A stretch of DNA of 64,000 nt from Lama glama (taxonomy: Eukaryota). Positions 55,230 through 64,000 of the stretch are shown piece by piece. Each line of letters starts with the position of its first letter. Position 1 is the first letter of the stretch. Both the position numbers and the translations under genes were made by a program. Location of the stretch: assembly GCA_028534125.1 (NCBI GenBank), contig CM052817.1, forward strand, positions 53,074,001-53,138,000, in the 5' to 3' direction. The notes beneath the pieces are model-generated. The model worked only from the letters and a program-made list of their open reading frames with translations, did no database searches and was not told the DNA's origin.

Positions 55230-57216
55230 GCAATTATGCCCAGCAACCCAATACCCAGGTGTCATGTGGACATAGTGTAACTCCCTTTGAGGGGATCACA
55301 TGTGTCATCATTGGGGATCAGAGACTGAAACTAAGGCATGTCTTCCTGCTGACCCTGGTTGGCCTTCCCATAGAATCAGATGCCTGGGGACAGTGGGAGC
55401 CATGGCCATCTTGCCCATTGTCTCCTCAGTAGCACTGTCCTCTTGACACCTGTACAAAGCAGTAGACACTGCACCAGGACTTTGCCCTCCTTGCTGACTT
55501 CCAGGGTCAACAGTAATGTTCTCTAGCATCACTTTCAGTTTGGTAAAGGAAAGTGGTCAGCCCTGTGAGCCAAGAGGCAAGACCAGGAAATAATGAAATG
55601 AGGATGCAGGATCTGAGTTCAGGAAGAGGCACTGAGGATGCTCGAGTGTGAACAGGTCCCAGAGTAGGTACATGACTGGTATCTTGACCTCTTCCAGTCA
55701 GCTAGTTTCTCTGAAGTGGGCTGGGGAGCCCTGTGAACTTTTCACAGATCAGGAACCCCATTATTGGGAAGTCCTGTGAATTGCTTGCAAGAACAGGAAA
55801 CACCCACCATCTGACCTCTCCTCCCGACTCTGTGAGGCAAACCTTGAGTAATTTCTTATCAACAGAGGCTCCAAAGGCTCTCCTACCCATATCAGAACAG
55901 AACACCAGCTGCCCCAGTCATCTGGTGGTACCCTGTGGGAATCCTTCATGCTTTTAGCTCTCGCCCAGCAGGAAGTCTGAAAACTCCTCCTTTTTGGCCG
56001 AAAACTCCACCTCATAGAGCTGTGCCACTCCCTAAGGGACCAAGTTGGGCAGGAACTAATGTGGCTAAGCTGGTCTGGCCCAGAGGCGGCCCTGTATAAC
56101 CTCCTGTGGGACATTCTGACTGAGGAGGGACTGTTTCAAGCATGAGCCATTACATATTCAAGGGGGACCCCCAATTATATCAGAGTCCGCACCATTTGGG
56201 CACCTCCCATTCCAGTCTTTTGAGGAATCCATTAACAGTTTGGTGCTGGTTCCAAATGTGCCAAACTGGAAATTTTATTTGGGTCAAATTTTGCGGCATT
56301 GCATACCAACAAATCACTCCAGTTGCCCCTCAGTAGTTGGAAACAAATCCAAAACAGAACATCCCAGGTACAGGAAACCAACCATCCCCCAGACTGAAGG
56401 ATAGCCCATTAGAGTGTATCCTGCAGAAACATTTGATCTTCCATCTAACACAGCCTGGCCCCAATACCAGCTGGGAAATGGGGAAAGTTGCCCTCCATCT
56501 GTCAGTGGTTCACAAACTAGGTGACCTACCTATGTTTCATTCTCACAGAAGGTCAGAGAATCCTACCCCAGGACAGGAAGGAAGCTATTTGCAGCCTCGC
56601 CCCTCCTAAAACTAGAAGACAGCTAGTTGCCACATCTGTATCTCTAACTATGGTCTAATAGCTCGGCTTCTAAGTGAAATGTTGAAAAGAAAGGATGATG
56701 ATCCTTTTGAAAGGAATTCAGAATGTGAAGGGGCCTTTCAAGAATTAGAAAAGCAATTATTTCAGGCCCCTGCCCTGGCCCTCCCAGATTTAGTGAAACC
56801 CTTCAACCTTTACCTTCGTAAGAGGAGAGTCACCCTTGAGGTATTAGCTCAAAAACTGGGACCCCTTTCTCAAGTGTTTGCTTATTTCTCTAAACCATTA
56901 AGTCAACCTGCTAAGGGATCACCTCCTTGCCTACAGGCAGCAGCCACCACTACAACCCTGCTAAATAAAGTAGGCTGAAAAGTTACCCTTTAGTCAGCCA
57001 GTCACTATATGGACTCCTTACCCGGTTCAGGCTTTAGTAAGTTCTAAGCAGACAGAATGGCCATCCCCTGCAAGGATGGTTCAAGTTCAAGCTATGCTTT
57101 TAGACAACCCAGCAGCTGCCATAAAAACCTGTCACTTGCTAAATCCTGCCACCCTGCTACCCACAGAAATGGGCCCCCTGGAGCATGATTGTATAGAAAC
57201 CGCAGAAATGATCTAT
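55230..57216 (+). mobile_element. Class I (gamma-like) ERV internal fragment: leader, deleted gag MA, pol RT-connection region
   Basis: gag remnants GNQPSPRLKDSPLECIL and TAWPQYQLGNGE at ~56370-56490. pol remnants AFQELEKQLFQAPALALPDLVKPFNLY, AYFSKPL, LLNPATLLP and EHDCIET. Confidence 0.85.
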
Positions 57217-57883
57217 GTTATATGATGTGTATACAGGATTCATTACTTTCAATATTTCGTTCCCTTATGAGATTGTAAGCTCCATGATACCAGGGGCTAT
57301 TGTGCATTTTACCTACCGTTCTATCCATATTGACGCTCACAGTGCCTCACAGACTTCTGTCTCATAGAATAGCTGTTGAACAACTGAATTAGTGTTCTGC
57401 TTCTGTGTTTTATAATTTCTTGAAAATATCTTGCATTGTATTCTAAAATTTTTATTCAGCAGATTCTTTGGCCTTCCTGATTTCCAAAATTCCCTTGTCT
57501 TTATATTTCTATATTTACTAAAAGAGAATCTACACTTAGGGGCTCTTTACTTTGACAGTCTCTTCAACTCCTTTTCACTCTCTCAAAATTAACTCCGGCT
57601 AAATAAATATTGATGTGATCATCACATCTGTTTTTCTTTTCAAAGCTTTGTAGAAACTTTATCTCTAATTTAGAATTTTATTGTGTAAAGGTCTAGATAA
57701 TATTTTCTTGCATCAAAGAACTCATAAAAATATTATAGTGAACACATATTGTCTATTTTTGTGATGCATACTGTGTGTCAAGCTGTTTTTTGTTAGTCTA
57801 ATTTCTGTAATGCTTCTAGGGTTTTAATAATACCACTTTCAATAGAAAGATCAAGTAGATCAGGTGAATGCTGCTGGATTTGG

Positions 57884-60602
57884 TGTCCTGCCAACAGGGC
57901 AAGTGGCCAAAAAGGCCACTTAAGATGGCTTTTCTCTTGCTCTTCGCACATTCCCTACTCAATCAGTTCCTGCTTCTCCTACACTCTACTTACATGAACG
58001 TGCTTGCCTCCTGCCCCAGCTCGTGATGTTTCTAATCCTTAAGCCAGAACAGCTTCACCTGCTAGTTTGTTAAAGGAAAACATCTTCCCTTTGATAGTCA
58101 TTAACCTGAGGGTCTATGAGGCATGTGCCCCAGCTGCTGGTTTCCCTGGTAACTAATGAGCCAATCTGACATCACTTCCTCCTATAAACCTGACGTCAGT
58201 TCCGTCAGTTCCATCAGTTCCTCCTCCTCCCCAGAGTAACAAAGATTGCTGTCATGTCCTGCCTGCTGTCTGCTATACACAGTGGAGTATCACTCCAGGA
58301 CCTTTTGCTGTGGACACGTAAGATCCCCTATCCAACCACTGATGTCTGTGTCACTGTCTCTGGGCTCTTTGTGTCAAGGATGAGCAACTACAAGGCTTGC
58401 AAGACTGCAGAGTGCAGCCCAACAATTGGCAAGCCAGTCAGGGGTCCAGCAAAATTCCTGCGAGTGCCAAGAAGTCAGGAAAGAAGGATGGGGAATAGAA
58501 AATTGAGGAAGGAGGGTAGTCCCAAAATGGCACTCCACTAGCATATAGGGCCCTGTGGCAGCTGGCTCCCATGAGAGATGTCTTTCTCTTCCATAATACT
58601 GATGATGTCCTCTTACTTAACCTCAGAGGCTCTTTTCAGTTTAAAAGTAGCAGCCCAATGCTTGTGGTTCATCTGACTGCATGGGGATAGCAGGTGAATA
58701 CAGACAAAACACAAGGACCTATTTTATCTACAAAATACAAGCTTACTCCTGACCCAAACTCCTAAACAGTTATAGACCCAGGCTTTAAGGATCTCAGTGC
58801 AGGGAGAGGCTTGTGAATTGGACATGGCCAGATACCTGGAAGGGTTTGGTTGATGTCTGTGGCAACAGCAAAAAATGAGTAACCCTTGGGCTTCTGGTCT
58901 CAGCTGTGGACAGGGGCAGAGCAAAAATACAGCATGATGCAACAATAGCTATATGCAGTCCACAGTGAATTTTAATGCACGGAAGACATTACAAAGGACT
59001 ACCTGAGATATCGAGCAATGCTAAAAACCACTGTTCGTGGTCTAGAACAGCTGTGTGCGGCATACAGGACCTGCATGGACATTAATAGCAACCAAGGAAT
59101 CCACTTTACTGGCCGTGAAGTTGAGGAATGGGCCGATAAAAATAACATACTTTGGCATCTCCACCTGCCCTACAACCCTACCGCTCCCGGGTTAATTTAA
59201 AAGAATGGACTACTTAGATAATAGTTGAGACTGGAAACCCATTCTCTCAACATGTGGACCAGGGGGCTAACTGAAGCCCCATTAACTATAACTGAAAATC
59301 CCAGGAGGAATAGTCTCAGCACCTTCACCGTTTTAACCCAGAGGCAACTTCTCAACACCATCCGAGTTCAGCTGTTGACCACCAGAGGATAATTGCCAAC
59401 TTATTGTCAAGACCGTAATTAACTTTTACTGAAGCCACAGGATCTACCCGAAGGGGAACACATTATAAGACAGTCCTGGAACTGGCAGGTAAGTCCCTGG
59501 TTATTTGAGTTTGCTACTTGTGGGGAATGAGATTGGAAAGGAACTTTATAGATTTCACCTGTCTTCTACCCAGCCCACCTGAGACTACTTACTAAGCAAT
59601 TAACCTGGGCTCCCTACTGGAGAAAGGCACCATCATATTACCCTTGTGGTCTGTTGTTACACTGCCCCTCCAGTATTCAGCACCCCAGCACGCAGGGACT
59701 GAGGGCGGTATGATACTGCAGACCTGGACGAAACCACAGGCAGATTGCTCAGAATGCTGTTGCTGCTTGTATTTTGCTTAATGGTCATGATCTTCCCTGT
59801 ATTGTGCCTGTTGCACATCTTACATTTTGTCCCCAGTCTGAGTGGAGGGACTGGGTAACAGTGGTGGCCTCACTGTGAAATAAGTCTGACTGCTGGGTCT
59901 ACAGAGAGATTATGTTGTCGTCGTCCTCCAGTCTTTCATGAAAAAATGACCCAATAAGCCCCTGGCTCACTCATGATACCCGTTAGCTTCTGGTGTCTGT
60001 ATTTCGTTTGTGGTATTTGGTTGCAGTGCACCTCTACATACCTGACCTCAGGGATATTGTGGAAGAGGGGCAGACCAAGACTGTAAAGAGTCGGGCAGGG
60101 TATGTAGGGGTGGCGTGCATGGTCAGGCCTCTCAAGATGGTCATTCTCTTGCTCTTTGTACATTCCCTGCTCAACCAGTTCCTGCTTCACCAAACTCTAC
60201 TCACATGTTCCTACTTGCCTCCTGCCCCAGCTAGTGATAGCTCTAGTCCTTAGGCCAGAACAGCTTCACCTGCTAGTTTATTGAAGGAAAACATCTTCCC
60301 TTATGATGGTCATTAACCTGAGGGTCTGTGAGACATGTGCCCCAGCTGCTGGTTTCCCTGGTAACTGATGAGCCAACCTGACGTCAGCTCCTCCTTCAAA
60401 TGGTAACCTCCTTCTCCCTCAAATAGCAAAGATTGCCGTCACATCCTGCCTGCTGTCTGCCTGGTGTCTCTCCAGGACATTTTGCTGCAGACATGTAAGA
60501 TCCCCCGTTGGAACACTGATGTCTCTGTTGCTGTCTCTGGGCTCTTAGTTCTCGACGTTGGGCTACTACATGGGTTGCAGGCCTGTAGGGTGCAGCCCGA
60601 CC
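57884..60602 (+). mobile_element. Internally deleted two-LTR ERV, class III-like integrase with env remnant
   Basis: 5' LTR ~57884-58424 and 3' LTR 60103-60602 align at roughly 85-87% by eye. PBS at 58427-58444. Integrase QGIHFTGREVEEWA...HLPYNPTAPGLI at 59018-59200. env-like NKSDCWVY at ~59878-59902. A purine-rich tract precedes 60103. Confidence 0.9.
58427..58444 (+). other. Retroviral primer-binding site, tRNA-Arg(ACG)-like
   Basis: TGGCAAGCCAGTCAGGGG against the expected TGGCGAGCCAGCCAGGAG (15/18), 2 nt after the LTR-terminal CA. Confidence 0.75.
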
Positions 60603-61678
60603 GCAAGGTACCAGCACGTTTATTTCTGTGTTCTGTTGCCGGGCTCAGTAGTGCCTCTTTCTACAAACAGAAGGCAATCCTCAAATTTATTTACTAAAAA
60701 TGTGGACTTTGCTCTTACAGTAGATAATACACTCAGGGCTTTTGCTGTATTGTACTTTTCCCCAAAATTTTAGAAAAATTTTAAACTAAACTAACAAAAA
60801 ACTAGAATATAGTTTGCTTGTACTTTATGGTACTTCAGGATCCCTTCTGCCTAGAAAACTGGTGCTTCTAGCCAAATCAGACGTGTAAAATGCATGGGCT
60901 TTTTTGGTTTTGTTTTTTCTTTTATTGCTGGTTATGTTTTGTTGTATTGTGTTTTTTGTTTTACAGCCAACAAACTTGAGAAACTGTTACAGCTATTCAT
61001 TAAAGCCACATTAGCAGAAATTTTGTAAAAGTTTATTTGTGAACCATTTAAAAATGTTTTCTTTTAAAATAGAAATCTATTTCCAAATAATCAATTTATG
61101 TGCAATATGTGCTGTTCTTAATTTAAAGCATAATAAAATAATCAAATATAAAATAGCCAATTTTACTCTTTAGAGGAAAAGAAGATATAAGTCTAAGGGA
61201 ATCATGGATATAGTATGAAGATATGGATTCAGCTAAATGAAATAGACTCGGAAGTGCCTAAACAAAAATAAAAGTTTTCTCTTTGCCAGTAAAAAACCAG
61301 GATAATATGGCGTTACATATTTCTTGTGGCCTGAATTCCTCCTCGCATCTTGTAAATCCATCTCTAGGGAATTCCCTGATCTGCAGAATCTAAGATGTTT
61401 CAAAATCAAGGGGAAGATTATTTTTTTTAATAATCTTAGGGAAGACTTAGCTGAAAATCTGATGTAGAATCTGATTTTGGAAGTTAATATATTATAGCAT
61501 ATATTAAATTCACAATTTACTTAGGTCATTGTGTGAAAAGCTGAGTATAGACTAAAATCCCAAAGAGGAGAAGAGGGCTTTCTGATATATTTGGCTGACT
61601 GGTTAATCTGAATTCTGAACACCTCTGAGTCTTCCTTGGAAGCAGAACAACTTCTCTAGTAAGAATGAGGCAGTTTGG

Positions 61679-62475
61679 GGCCATCATCAAAAGTGTACAA
61701 ATAATAAATGCCAGAGAGGGTGTGGAGAAAAGGGAACCTTGCTGCACTGTTGGTGGGAATGTAAATTGGCGCAGCCACTATGGAGAACAGTATGGAGGTT
61801 TCTTAAACTAAAATTAGAGTTACCATGTGATCCAGCAATCCCACTCCAGGGCGTATATCCAGAGAAAACTCTAATTGGAAAAGATACACACACCCCAATG
61901 TTCACAGCAGCATTATTTACAGTACATGGAAGCAACCTAAATGCCCACTGACAGAAGAATGAATAGAAGGTGAGATACACACACACACACACACATATAA
62001 CATGTAATGGAATATTACTGAGCTATAAAAAAGAATGAAATGATGCCATTTGCAGCAACATGGATGAATGTAGAGGTTATTATACTCAGAGAAATGATTT
62101 ACACAGAGAAAGACATATATATCACTTATGTGTAGAATCTAAAAAAAATGATACAAATGAATATACTTACAAAATAGAAATAGAATCATAGACATAGAAA
62201 AGAAATTTACTGTTACCAAAGGAGGAGGTAGGGGTGGGATAAGTTAGGAATATGGTATTAACAGATATATACTACTGTATGTAAAATAGATAAACAACAG
62301 GGAACTACTGTATAGCATGGGGAACTATACTCAATATCTTGTAATAACCTATAATGGAAAAGAATCTGAAGAAGAATATATGTATGTATGTATATTTGTA
62401 TAACTGAATCACTTTGCTCTACACCTGAAAATAACCTACATTGTAAATCAACTATACTTCAATAATTTTTTTTTA
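61679..62475 (+). mobile_element. 5'-truncated lineage-specific L1 with 15-bp TSD
   Basis: Encodes the ORF2 C-terminus [20 protein letters not shown], followed by the 3'UTR. TSD AATGAGGC(A/T)GTTTGG at 61664-61678 and 62476-62490. Confidence 0.92.
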
Positions 62476-63499
62476 AATGAGGCTGTTTGGCACTGATTAA
62501 AGACCTTGTAAGGAACTCATTTGAGGTAATTACCTTGCATAGAAATGTCAGTCTTTTTATGCCTCATCTCTACCACATTTTAGCCTCCAAGCTTGAGTCA
62601 AAGTTCAGCCTATCTCAGATGGATAAGAATTAAATATGAACTTGGTAAGATTTATATACCAAATATTTGCAAGATTTTTATAATTTATTGTGGTAGAAAC
62701 AGAAAGTTGTGATAGAAACATAGGAAGTTTCTGTAGAAATAAGCACTGATGATACTGGAATAAGGAGAAAAAATGTATTTCTGTTGGACTTAATCTACTG
62801 ATAAAGCACATTTGGTAATGAATGTGGATTTCATGCACTAGCTCATTCAGCAGAGGGCAGGTCTCACATTTTAGTTAGCTGGTTAAATGAAATTTGCATT
62901 TATGTGCATTCAGTGCTAATTCAAAACATTCCTTAATGAAATGTAAATATTATAAAGTGTTAAGAAGATAGAAAAGTTGGAGCAGATTTTAAAAGCTCTA
63001 TGGAATCAGCAGGTCTTCAGTTATGTCTAACCGAGAGGGCTTGGAGACCACTTTATTTACCATCACTGAAATATGCATAGGTGAGCAGGTTACCAGCATC
63101 TCTGAAATAGTGCTACTGGCATTATCCTCCATAGGGTGGAAATAAAGATGGGAGATACTGCCACTGAAATGGGTTTCCTAATTTCAGTGAAGATACCAGA
63201 ATCCCAGGATGTCAGAAAGGGGTAGCAGTTATTTCCCAGAAGCAAGAAGTTGATAACCATTATTGACATCAAGGTAAAAGTAGCATTCAGAATAGCTAGC
63301 AAACAGGGATCTTTGGTGTGGTTAAAAGAAGCTCTAGGACTTAAATATAAAGACATCTGTCTTAATTTGGATTCATTCCCTAAAACCCAAGGCTGAGAAC
63401 AAATCTTAAGTGTTAATTCTTTAATAGAGAATGTAATCCCAGGAAAGGAAAAATAAAGGGAAAACTATAAAATGAAGTTGTCCATTTCACCACTTCTAT

Positions 63500-64000
63500 T
63501 CAGTAGCAAGCATTTTCCTGGGCATTCTAAGTAACACGATAATGAACACAAAAAAATGCTGTAATGATCATAAAGGGATTAATCCAGCAGCATTTACAGA
63601 AGGAAGAATATATAATAAAACAGAAGAGATCAAAGGCTTAAGAAGCAGGGCATCCAAATATTTGGAGGTTAAAGAGTTTTGGAGAAATGAAAATAGTTGC
63701 GGAAGAAAAAATCGGTAAGATAGGAGGGAAACCAGGAGAGTGTGGTGTCTATCGATACAAGGGAGGTATAAATTTGAAAAAGAAATGAGATCAAACATAT
63801 CAAATGATACTTAGAGCTAAAAAATATTGAGGATTCTGGAAAGATGGGGATCATGAAATCGATAAAAGAAATTTGTGGAGTGGTGGGGGGAAAGTCAAAG
63901 GAAAGGACTCAAGAAATAGGAGGCAAGCAATGAAGACAGAATTAGGGTTAGGATGCAATTTGTTACTTAATACAGGACCCTTTTCTTCTGGAAAAACTCT
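63500..64000 (-). mobile_element. L2 fragments
   Basis: GGAGGGAAACCAGGAGAGTGTGGTGTC and GTGGAGTGGTGGGGGAAAGTCA are typical antisense L2 motifs. Confidence 0.65.

Overview
Mammalian genomic DNA, AT-rich and dominated by old interspersed repeats (L1, L2, MIR, MaLR/ERVL/ERV1 LTRs, Tigger1, Charlie). The youngest L1 3' tails look cetartiodactyl, and I saw no Alu, B1, Bov-tA/A2, PRE-1, CHR or SINEC SINEs, which suggests a camelid-like genome (inference). No intact protein-coding gene is supportable. The main non-repeat feature is a ~4.6 kb block (41517-46106), GC-rich over most of its length, bracketed by a ~145-153 bp direct repeat. It carries an intron-containing, multiply disabled copy of C2orf81 on the minus strand. 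The last C2orf81 exon is joined at ~43150 to the middle of an exon of a retinol-dehydrogenase-like SDR gene, and the copy keeps a dense CpG island. Other notable structures are a perfect 33-bp-arm hairpin (23449-23533), a twin-primed L1 with two internal deletions (7123-9540), an L1 with both ends and a TSD but no ORF1 and little ORF2 (10129-12472), a 2.7 kb two-LTR ERV with a tRNA-Arg PBS and integrase/env remnants, and an ERV1 gag-pol fragment. I found no convincing new multi-gene system. All family names come from recall and by-eye comparison, not from searches.
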